Of a stretch of DNA of 34,223 bases, positions 9,370 through 17,323 are shown in pieces. The notes below the pieces were generated by a model that searched no databases, was not told the origin of the DNA, and saw only the letters and a list, made by a program, of their open reading frames with translations. Each line of letters begins with the position of its first letter. Position 1 is the first letter of the stretch. The DNA comes from Candidatus Andersenbacteria bacterium RIFCSPHIGHO2_02_FULL_45_11 (GTDB taxonomy: Bacteria > Patescibacteriota > Andersenbacteria > UBA10190), in contig MHHP01000015.1 of assembly GCA_001817055.1 (NCBI GenBank), forward strand, positions 12,020 through 46,242, in the 5' to 3' direction. The position numbers and the translations under genes were made by a program.

Positions 9370-10415
9370 AAAAATCACTGACCATACGAGGGCTCATAGG
9401 GTATATTATCGTGAGTGTTATATGTGGAGTACTACCATTTCCGGTGAGTGCTGCACGTACGGTAGTGTTTGCTACTTTGAATGGGTTGCTTTCCGTGGTT
9501 GTTGCTCCATCAGCTTTTATCACTGCCCAGTTAGCAGTTACTACGTCTGGTTCGGGTTCAAATAACGATTGGGAGTCTACATATTGGCAAGTTGGCAACG
9601 AAGTATCTGGATGTGTGGACCATTCTGACCATACGAATCCTGGAACGTTTTCAGAAAGTTTTACCATTACTGCGCCGAGTAGTCCGGGTACTTATAGTGT
9701 TTCATTTGTTGCGTATAAGGATGATGGTTGCAGTCAAGATGGAAGCCTTACGTTTACCATGACCAACAGTGTTACCGTGATTGGCCCCTCATCTTCGCCT
9801 ACTCCTCCTATTCCCACACCTAGTCCGTCGCCGTCTCCTACACCTACCCCTACACCGTTTCCTACACCTACCCCTACACCGTTTCCTACACCTACACCTA
9901 CACCTATAGATTATGAAATTTCAACGTGTGACGAGACATGGGACGTAACGTTTGAGCAGACTTCGGGAAGTGCTGTAAGGAACGGGCAAGTAGGGTTTAA
10001 GGTTACGTTGCCAGGCCTAAGTTATGGACGAATGAAGAATAACCCGAGTATTTATCATGCGTATCAATATCCGGATGATACCTTTGTTACTGACCCAGAA
10101 ATGGTTATAACGAGCTTTGATAGCCCCGACCCTGGGTACGAGGGGGTTATATATATGAAAAGTGCAGACGTTGTCTTGGTAAAGTTTGATTTGTGGTGTA
10201 TGGATACGGGCGATTCTTTTACAGTATTCAAGACGTTTTACTGGCCTCTTCCTACATCCGTAGCACCAACTCCAACTCCAACGCCCACTGGCAGTGTTTC
10301 TGATATTCGGTATGTTGATTTTGAGATGGTTTTGGATGTTGATTCCGCAAGTTCTTCTGATGGGCTCATTTTAAACTCACAGGTGCAATTACGAAATTTA
10401 AAAGAAAATTTATAG
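9366..10415 (+). CDS. Secreted protein: signal peptide, two small beta-rich Cys-pair domains, Pro/Thr linkers, pilin-like C-terminal tail
   Basis: MKK + hydrophobic + VSA|A signal; ATGA overlap with upstream pilin; ends IRYVDFEMVLDVD...QVQLRNLKENL. Confidence 0.75.
   Translation: MKKSLTIRGLIGYIIVSVICGVLPFPVSAARTVVFATLNGLLSVVVAPSAFITAQLAVTTSGSGSNNDWESTYWQVGNEVSGCVDHSDHTNPGTFSESFTITAPSSPGTYSVSFVAYKDDGCSQDGSLTFTMTNSVTVIGPSSSPTPPIPTPSPSPSPTPTPTPFPTPTPTPFPTPTPTPIDYEISTCDETWDVTFEQTSGSAVRNGQVGFKVTLPGLSYGRMKNNPSIYHAYQYPDDTFVTDPEMVITSFDSPDPGYEGVIYMKSADVVLVKFDLWCMDTGDSFTVFKTFYWPLPTSVAPTPTPTPTGSVSDIRYVDFEMVLDVDSASSSDGLILNSQVQLRNLKENL
9837..9905 (+). repeat. Intragenic tandem repeat encoding PTPTPTPF
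   Basis: 24-bp unit cctacacctacccctacaccgttt exactly twice (9837-9884), then cctaca hexamers. Confidence 0.9.
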
Positions 10416-10450
10416 TAATGGGTGTATAGTATTTCGTATATTCATGATTC

Positions 10451-10591
10451 ATACCAACTTAACCTAATCTATGCGATGTCATGCTGGACCTGCCTACCGA
10501 GCAGGCAGGCTTGATCCGGCATCCAGACGTAGTCTACGTGGATTCCGGGTCAAGCTCAGACAGACTAGAACGGATAGGGTTAAGTTGGTAT
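10451..10591. mobile_element. MITE-like element with 14-bp perfect terminal inverted repeats enclosing a nested REP-like doublet
   Basis: ataccaacttaacc (10451-10464) and ggttaagttggtat (10578-10591); interior related to 25275-25324 and 17328-17361. Confidence 0.65.
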
Positions 10592-10682
10592 TACCTACCC
10601 CATGCGTAACCCCCAACAACTCAATTTCTACAAGCTAATGCAGCTATAAGCTAAAGAAGCTTAGTGGGTGTATAATTACCCT

Positions 10683-11615
10683 ATGCAGAATGGGTTTACC
10701 TTGATAGAGGTTTTAATAGCGATGTTTTTATTTGCAGTTGCAACGATTGCGATTGTGGGTGTTTCGGTATTGGTTTCCAAAACAACATTTAAGGTTGAAA
10801 AACAGGTTGTCGCACAAGCAATTGCGAACGACGCTATAGAAAAGCTCCATGGATTGCCGTACACTAAAATTGGTATTATCCCGAGCGGCGCAACTGGAGG
10901 ATTGAAGCCAGACGGTTCACTTGAATATATACAATCAATTCAGCAAGACCAGCAAGAATATGTTCTTATAACAAATATATTCCCCGTTGATGATTCGGCA
11001 AATGGTTCTGTCTCAGGTATTTTAAGTCTTGCAAATGCGGACTATGTAACAGTTCGAGTTCAGGTAAGTCCTACGGTAGGTGGGGTTGCATCTGGATCTG
11101 CGAGTAGTAGCGTTGTTTCAGCGGCAACCACAGTTGCAAATTGGCCCCCCGGAGCGTGTAGTCCCGGTGAAGTAACCTGTTCGGTTGAGTTTCCTGCGTT
11201 ACCCTCTACGTTTGTATTTTCCAGCAGTATTCAAATACGGACGTTTGTAAATAGCCTTGGGTTGTTTTCCAAAATCCCAGATGGAACAGGAACTAGTGAT
11301 GGCAGATTTCGCGACAATATCGCAACAAGACGCAAGCTTTGTAATCTCAAGGGCTATGCCATTGCGGCATCTACAAATGGCAGCGCTTCTCCGATTGATA
11401 ACTATCAGTGGAACGGTAGCGCTTTTCAAAGTACTGGCAATACTACATATATCGCAACGCTTACGTGTAGTAGCCCCGTATCAACCGCTTCATGTTCTTA
11501 TATGGCAGCTTGTCCCTCAAGTGGAAATTGTGCCGATGCAACAGTCCCGCGTGGATATACACCAAGCGGTGCTTTGTATCTGGGCCAAGGTGACCCTGCT
11601 TGGGTATGTTCGTAA
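10683..11615 (+). CDS. Minor pilin (PilV-like, set 2) with Cys-rich C-terminal region
   Basis: MQNG|FTLIEVL; IANDAIEKLHGLPY matches LANETMEKIRNLPY of 7571..8890; TATAAT 6 nt before ATG 10683. Confidence 0.8.
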   Translation: MQNGFTLIEVLIAMFLFAVATIAIVGVSVLVSKTTFKVEKQVVAQAIANDAIEKLHGLPYTKIGIIPSGATGGLKPDGSLEYIQSIQQDQQEYVLITNIFPVDDSANGSVSGILSLANADYVTVRVQVSPTVGGVASGSASSSVVSAATTVANWPPGACSPGEVTCSVEFPALPSTFVFSSSIQIRTFVNSLGLFSKIPDGTGTSDGRFRDNIATRRKLCNLKGYAIAASTNGSASPIDNYQWNGSAFQSTGNTTYIATLTCSSPVSTASCSYMAACPSSGNCADATVPRGYTPSGALYLGQGDPAWVCS

Positions 11616-11618
11616 TCT

Positions 11619-13790
11619 ATGAATGAATTATCTAGGAGTAACGGGGGAATACTACTGATGGTGATGGTGATTGTTTCTATGTTGACAGTTATGTTTATAG
11701 GCTCTGTGGGAATTGTGTCCCGCGAATTGCATATTACGTCTGACGCAACACAGAAAGAGCGTATATATCAGGTTGCGGAATCAGGAGTGCAGCGTATCTT
11801 ATTTTTGGTAGAAAATGCTGATTATACATTAGATCAGCTAGTTGCGTTGTCTGGAATTCCTACATCAATTGCTGACCCGGTAGCAAATACAGCTGTTGGC
11901 ACGTATACGTTGTCTGTGGTAAAGCAGGGTAGTGGTCAGGCGGTTGATGTTATTTCGCTTGCGCGCAGTCCTGATGATCGCTTTTGTTCTAAAGTGAGTG
12001 CCACTATCAAAAGTCCGTCCGGAAGTGCTGTGGGGCCATATTTTGCATATAAATGGAACCGTTCTGTATGCCCAGTGGATACCGTAGCACCAAATTCACC
12101 TACTGCCCTACCTGCGGGAGGGGTTTATAACGAGACTAAAAATGTTTCGTTATCGGCAGAAGCAAATGCGACTATCTACTACACAATAGATAGCACTGAT
12201 CCAACTACGAGTTCAACGGTGTATACAAGTCCTATCTCTATTTCTGCAACGGTTACGCTGCGCGCCATTGCGGTAGATGCTGCGGGGAATGTAAGCACTA
12301 TAATGGTTGAGGTATATACAATAGATACAACGCCTCCGGCAGCGCCCGTAGCATCTCCTGCTGGTGGAAGCTATACATCTGCACAATCCATTTCGTTATC
12401 AGCAGAATCTGGCGCGGCAATTCGATATACGCTGGATGGTTCTACGCCTACCGTTGCCTCAGCCCTCTATTCTTCTGTAATTGCAATTAGCTCTTCAAAA
12501 ACTCTGAAGGCTATTGCACTAGATGCCGCAGGAAATGTAAGTCCGATTATGTCGGAAGTGTATACGTTCGCGTTTGCAAATGGTGCACCTGCAATTGACT
12601 TGATTGGACAGTATGTTAATCGAACAGATAATCCTTTACAGGCTTTATACGCAAAAGGATATGCAAACGATGCAAATGGGAGCGGTCCAATTCCTGTTAA
12701 TCGGTATGGTTTGTATCATCCCTGGAATGGAATTGCGCTTGATGGTCTGGGGCATAGATTGTTTATTGGTGATTCGTATAATAGTCGAGTTCTTGTGTAT
12801 AATCTAAATTTGGATAATACGTTGCCAGATCCTATTCCTGATAACGTTATTGGGAAAACTAACTATACTAACGCAGGAGGATTGCCACCTTTGCAGTCAA
12901 GAGTTGGTCGTCCTATTGCTCTTGCGTATGACAGTACCAATAAGCGTCTTTTTGTTGCATCTGACGGCACTCATAGAATACTTGTTTTTGATGTCGTTTC
13001 TATTACTGATGGTGAGCCTGCCATTAATATCATTGGGCAATCAACATATGCTGCTACAACCCCGTCCTCGTGTGCTCAGAATGGTCTGAACAACCCTAAT
13101 GGACTTGAGTATGATAGTATCAATAATAGACTGTTTGTTGCCGATACGAACAATAGACGAATGATGATATTTGATGTAAGGCCAGTTAGCTCCAGTGATC
13201 CACGCCTTTTATCTGGAGACAAGCCCAATGCTATCAATGTTCTTGGTAAATCTAGCTTCACTCCTTGCGGCGCTGGTGTGGATCTTGGCTCTCAGGCAAA
13301 TCTTGAGCAACCAATAGCGGTGTTGTATGACGGTACTACTGGACGCTTATTGATTTCAGATATGCAAGATGATCGTGTAATGGTATTTGATGGTAGGCCC
13401 CTAAGTTCTTCTGATCTTCGTCTTGCAGTCGGGGATGGGGCACAAGCTATCAATGTTCTTGGGCGAGGCGATTGGGGTACGAATGCGGATGGGGCGGTTA
13501 GCATAAATCGTTTGGATAATCCAGGTTCTCTTGCACTTGATCTTCCCAGGCAACGTCTTTTTGTTGCAGATAAGAGTAATAATCGTGTAGTTGTTTTTGA
13601 TATTACCGATATTTCAAACGGAGAGAATGCAATCGGCGTTCTTGGTCAACTAAGTTTTGACTCTTCGGGTGGCGGACTTACGCAGTCAACATTTGCCGCG
13701 CCATCTGGACTCTTATACGATAACACTAATAGTCGTCTGTTTGTTTCTGATTGGGGTAATAATCGTGTCATGATATTTTCTGTACCCTAA
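11619..13790 (+). CDS. PilX-like pilin fused to two chitobiase/beta-hexosaminidase C-terminal (Fn3-associated) domains and an NHL-repeat beta-propeller
   Basis: GG|ILLMV hydrophobic N-terminus without Glu5; YQVAESG; two IxYTxDxxxPT...LxAIAxDAAGNVS units; repeated RLFVxDxxNxRVxxFD blades. Confidence 0.8.
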   Translation: MNELSRSNGGILLMVMVIVSMLTVMFIGSVGIVSRELHITSDATQKERIYQVAESGVQRILFLVENADYTLDQLVALSGIPTSIADPVANTAVGTYTLSVVKQGSGQAVDVISLARSPDDRFCSKVSATIKSPSGSAVGPYFAYKWNRSVCPVDTVAPNSPTALPAGGVYNETKNVSLSAEANATIYYTIDSTDPTTSSTVYTSPISISATVTLRAIAVDAAGNVSTIMVEVYTIDTTPPAAPVASPAGGSYTSAQSISLSAESGAAIRYTLDGSTPTVASALYSSVIAISSSKTLKAIALDAAGNVSPIMSEVYTFAFANGAPAIDLIGQYVNRTDNPLQALYAKGYANDANGSGPIPVNRYGLYHPWNGIALDGLGHRLFIGDSYNSRVLVYNLNLDNTLPDPIPDNVIGKTNYTNAGGLPPLQSRVGRPIALAYDSTNKRLFVASDGTHRILVFDVVSITDGEPAINIIGQSTYAATTPSSCAQNGLNNPNGLEYDSINNRLFVADTNNRRMMIFDVRPVSSSDPRLLSGDKPNAINVLGKSSFTPCGAGVDLGSQANLEQPIAVLYDGTTGRLLISDMQDDRVMVFDGRPLSSSDLRLAVGDGAQAINVLGRGDWGTNADGAVSINRLDNPGSLALDLPRQRLFVADKSNNRVVVFDITDISNGENAIGVLGQLSFDSSGGGLTQSTFAAPSGLLYDNTNSRLFVSDWGNNRVMIFSVP

Positions 13791-13796
13791 TACTCT

Positions 13797-15998
13797 ATGA
13801 TCTCTCATCATAAATCTGGATATACGCTTGTTGAACTCATTGTTGTGATGGCGATTAGCGCCGTGATTATGGGTGCCTTGCTATACTTTTTCTCCGGAAG
13901 TATCACTTCATACAGATCTCAAGTTGGGCATATATTTGCAACTGCGGATGCGCGTAATCAAGTACAGCGTATAACGGACGTTATTCGCAACACTCAAGAT
14001 AATACGAGTAATGATTGGCTGCAGGAAGCAGGGGATAATGCAATTGCCGTATATACCGACATAGAAGGGGACGGTAATCTAGAAAAAGTCGCGTATCGCA
14101 AATCTGGAACTGAGCTGACGCGAGAAGTTACTATTGCTGGGGCTACCACCTCGGGCATCATTATGCGAAACGTTGCAAATACTGACGCAGTGTTTACGTA
14201 CTATGATGCAAGCGGAAACAGTATCTCTGTACCTGAAACTAGAACATCGCTCACGGTAAAAAATATTGGCGTTAGTATTACAGTTAGCTCTACTGATCCG
14301 CAGGATGCTAATAAGCAGACTGTTTCAACTCGCATTACTCCGCGCAGTAAATTACAGGGTGATGTATCTCAAATTGTAGGGCCTGTTGCAGCTCGTGAAG
14401 TGAGTATTCAGCTCCCACGTGGGAATCCGCCGGCAAGTAACGCGAGCGCAAGTGTTGTTATTAAAGATCCGAGTTCCGGAGATACACTGTCTACAAAAAC
14501 TCTCACGTTTTCTGAATTAAATGATGGGCGCTTGAGTGTGTATGCGAATAAGTTGTATGCAATTTTGAATTACAAAACAGATACGGGGTTAGGGAATCCT
14601 GCTGGGTGGTATGTGTGGATTGCAAAAAGTGTGCCCGTGCTAAGTAGCTTGTTTCAAGTCCCTCTTGATTCGTTATATACAAATCAATGTTTGGGCGTGA
14701 GTTGGGCAACAGTACAAGCGTCAACTACCAGTTCTTGTGTGCCGCTTGATACTGCGCTCTATCCAATTACCTCTTCTGAAACATTCCAGCCTATTCTTGC
14801 GTATACGGAAAATGGCAATCGGGATTATGTACGGGACATAACATTTGCCCCCGCTCCCCCATTTGTAAATGGGTCCCCCGCCATAGATTTAATTGGGCAG
14901 TATGTAAGTCAGTCCGATAATCCACTAGTTCCTCTGTATACCAAAAATACAAATAATGATGGACAGGTAGGCGTCAATCGATTTGGATTTAATTCAGTAT
15001 CTCAGGGAATTAGCATTGATACTACCCGACATAGACTCTTTATATCTGATCCAAATAATAATCGTGTATTAGTATATAATCTAAACTCTAATGATACATT
15101 ATCCGATAGAGTTCCTGATTATGTGCTTGGGCAAGCTAACTTCACATCTAACCTAGCAGCTACTACTCAAGCCGGGATGAAATCACCTCGTGGTCTCGCA
15201 TACGACAGTGTCAATAGGAAGTTGTATGTGGGGGATTTTACGAGTGGCCGAGTCCTTATCTACGATGTTTCTACCATTACGAACGGAGAGAATGCAATTA
15301 ACGTTCTTGGGAAGACGGGCTTTGGAGGTATTGGTCCTTCTCCTGCCACCCAAGCAATACTCTATAGTCCAGTTGGTCTTGCATACGATAGTATTCATCG
15401 AAGGTTGTACGTTGCTCAGCAAACGTCTAATCGTGTAAGCGTCTTTGATGTTTCTACTATTACGAACGGAGAGAATGCAATTAATGTGCTTGGTCAATCT
15501 AATTTTTCGATAACATCTCCTTCTGCAACACAGTCCGGTTTGAAGACACCTCAGGGTCTTACGTACGATGGTGTACATAACAGGCTTTTTGTTGCAGATA
15601 GTGGCAACGGGCGTGCTCTTATCTACGATGTTTCTACTATTACGAACGGAGAGAATGCAATTAATGTGCTTGGAAAGACTACGTTTTCAGGCAGCGGTGG
15701 GGTGGCAAGCCAAAGAAATATGGGATCTATAACTGGTTTTGCATACGATAGCTTGCACAATCGTCTGTTTGTTTCAGATAGAAATAACAATCGTATTCTA
15801 GTATTTGATCTTGCTGTAATAACGAATGGTGAAAATGCGATGGGTGTAATAGGAAAAACAACCTACGATAGCAGTAACGCTTCTACTACTCAAGCAACAC
15901 TAAAACAACCAGGCGGTCTCGCATACGATAGCGTCAATAGCCGGTTGTATGTAGGGGATATCGCGAACAATCGCATTATGATATTTTCTACGCCGTAG
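13797..15998 (+). CDS. PilW-like pilin fused to an unknown middle domain and an NHL-repeat beta-propeller
   Basis: KSG|YTLVEL prepilin motif; PxGLAYDS...RLYV...NR blades; propeller paralogous to that of the upstream gene. Confidence 0.8.
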   Translation: MISHHKSGYTLVELIVVMAISAVIMGALLYFFSGSITSYRSQVGHIFATADARNQVQRITDVIRNTQDNTSNDWLQEAGDNAIAVYTDIEGDGNLEKVAYRKSGTELTREVTIAGATTSGIIMRNVANTDAVFTYYDASGNSISVPETRTSLTVKNIGVSITVSSTDPQDANKQTVSTRITPRSKLQGDVSQIVGPVAAREVSIQLPRGNPPASNASASVVIKDPSSGDTLSTKTLTFSELNDGRLSVYANKLYAILNYKTDTGLGNPAGWYVWIAKSVPVLSSLFQVPLDSLYTNQCLGVSWATVQASTTSSCVPLDTALYPITSSETFQPILAYTENGNRDYVRDITFAPAPPFVNGSPAIDLIGQYVSQSDNPLVPLYTKNTNNDGQVGVNRFGFNSVSQGISIDTTRHRLFISDPNNNRVLVYNLNSNDTLSDRVPDYVLGQANFTSNLAATTQAGMKSPRGLAYDSVNRKLYVGDFTSGRVLIYDVSTITNGENAINVLGKTGFGGIGPSPATQAILYSPVGLAYDSIHRRLYVAQQTSNRVSVFDVSTITNGENAINVLGQSNFSITSPSATQSGLKTPQGLTYDGVHNRLFVADSGNGRALIYDVSTITNGENAINVLGKTTFSGSGGVASQRNMGSITGFAYDSLHNRLFVSDRNNNRILVFDLAVITNGENAMGVIGKTTYDSSNASTTQATLKQPGGLAYDSVNSRLYVGDIANNRIMIFSTP
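15264..15673 (+). repeat. Three near-identical 47-bp intragenic repeats (DVSTITNGENAINVLG)
   Basis: 15447-15493 and 15627-15673 identical; 15264-15310 differs at 3 synonymous positions; period 183/180 bp. Confidence 0.9.
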
Positions 15999-16003
15999 AG
16001 AAT

Positions 16004-17323
16004 ATGAATACAAAATTTCTTGGAGGATTAATTATAGTATTTCTTCTCGCGCTTGTTGCGCGTGTGTCGTCGCTTGGTGCAATTAACCAAGTTGTATTTG
16101 ATGAAGTGCATTTTGGAAAGTTTATTTCTTCGTATTGTTGTACGCATGAGCGGTTTTTTGATATTCATCCGCCGATTGGAAAGCTTTTGATCGCCGGCGG
16201 TGCGTATGTTGTAGGGTACGATGGACAGTTCTCGTTCGATCATATTGGGCAACCATACGAGAATGTTCCTATTGCGGAAATTCGTATGGTTCCGGCGATA
16301 TTTGGTGCGCTGTTGCCGGTTATTATTATGATATTACTTGTGCAAGCGGGCGTTTCGCTCGAACTATCGTTTATGGGTGGCATTGCCCTAGCGTTTGAAA
16401 ATGCTCTTATAGTTGAATCTCGCTATATCCTTACGGATAGTATTTTATTGGCTGCAACGTTTGGTTGTGTGAGTGCTGCAATAGCGGCAGTACAAACAAA
16501 GCACAGCTTACGTAGCTGGTATTGGGTTATTCTTGCTGGAATTCTTGCTGGTATTGCGGTTGGAACAAAGTTTACTGGAGCAATTGGGGGGGCTCTTGCA
16601 GGAGTAGTATTACTCGTACAAGCAATTCGAGACGGATATATGAAATCGGGGATTTGGTTTGGGAAGATATCATTACTCGTGGGTACTGTTGGTGCGGTTT
16701 ACATTGCTGGGTGGGCACTGCACTTTTCACTCTTAACGCTTCCAGGATCGGGGGATGTGTGGGGAGTGCCTACGGGGCATTTCTGGCAAGATGTTGTACA
16801 GACGCATCAGAAGATGCTTTCGGCTAACTACAACTTAACAGCCGATCATCCATACGGAAGCAAGTGGTATACGTGGCCATTTATGGTACGGTCTGTATTT
16901 TATTGGCAAGGTGGAGGTAACCAGTTCCTCTACTTGCTCGGTAATCCGATAGTGTGGTGGGGGAGTGCGGCTTTCTCTGCGGTTGGGCTTCTCTATGCAT
17001 TCACACTGATTGCTCGGGGAATATTTACGAAGACGAACGCCGTTGCCTGGGTGTTTTTGCTCGGATACATCCTATCGTTTATTCCGCTTATGCGCGTGCC
17101 TCGCGTGTTATTTTTATACCATTACTTAACTCCACTGTTATTTTCACTCTTGTTTGGAGTGTGGTGGTTTGATAAGGCAGTGGGCCTGAAGCGACGAATA
17201 GTTGCTGCGGCTTGCCTTGTGTTAATTGCAGCTGGGTTTTTGTTTATGAGTTCGCTCACATACGGATTTCCGGTGTCGCAGGAGTTGCAGCATGTGTTAT
17301 TTTATATATCATCATGGCGATGA
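16004..17323 (+). CDS. Lipid-phosphate-mannose:protein O-mannosyltransferase (PMT, GT39/GT-C fold), no MIR domain
   Basis: VVFDEVHFGKF, FFDIHPPIGK, ESRYILTD, HPYGSKWYTWP, LLGNPIVWW, RVLFLYHYL; many TM helices. Confidence 0.87.
   Translation: MNTKFLGGLIIVFLLALVARVSSLGAINQVVFDEVHFGKFISSYCCTHERFFDIHPPIGKLLIAGGAYVVGYDGQFSFDHIGQPYENVPIAEIRMVPAIFGALLPVIIMILLVQAGVSLELSFMGGIALAFENALIVESRYILTDSILLAATFGCVSAAIAAVQTKHSLRSWYWVILAGILAGIAVGTKFTGAIGGALAGVVLLVQAIRDGYMKSGIWFGKISLLVGTVGAVYIAGWALHFSLLTLPGSGDVWGVPTGHFWQDVVQTHQKMLSANYNLTADHPYGSKWYTWPFMVRSVFYWQGGGNQFLYLLGNPIVWWGSAAFSAVGLLYAFTLIARGIFTKTNAVAWVFLLGYILSFIPLMRVPRVLFLYHYLTPLLFSLLFGVWWFDKAVGLKRRIVAAACLVLIAAGFLFMSSLTYGFPVSQELQHVLFYISSWR

Noticed and set aside
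9351-9375. Simple sequencing frameshift making 8887-10415 one gene
   Set aside because: The second ORF begins with a complete signal peptide at an ATGA overlap, which would be odd inside one protein; not fully excluded without reads.
10632-10663. Short agct(a) repeats upstream of pilin V2
   Set aside because: Four degenerate short units, too little to assign as an operator or repeat family.
15264-15673. Regularly spaced direct repeats resembling a CRISPR array
   Set aside because: Period is 180-183 bp, in frame within an ORF and encoding propeller blades; no cas genes.
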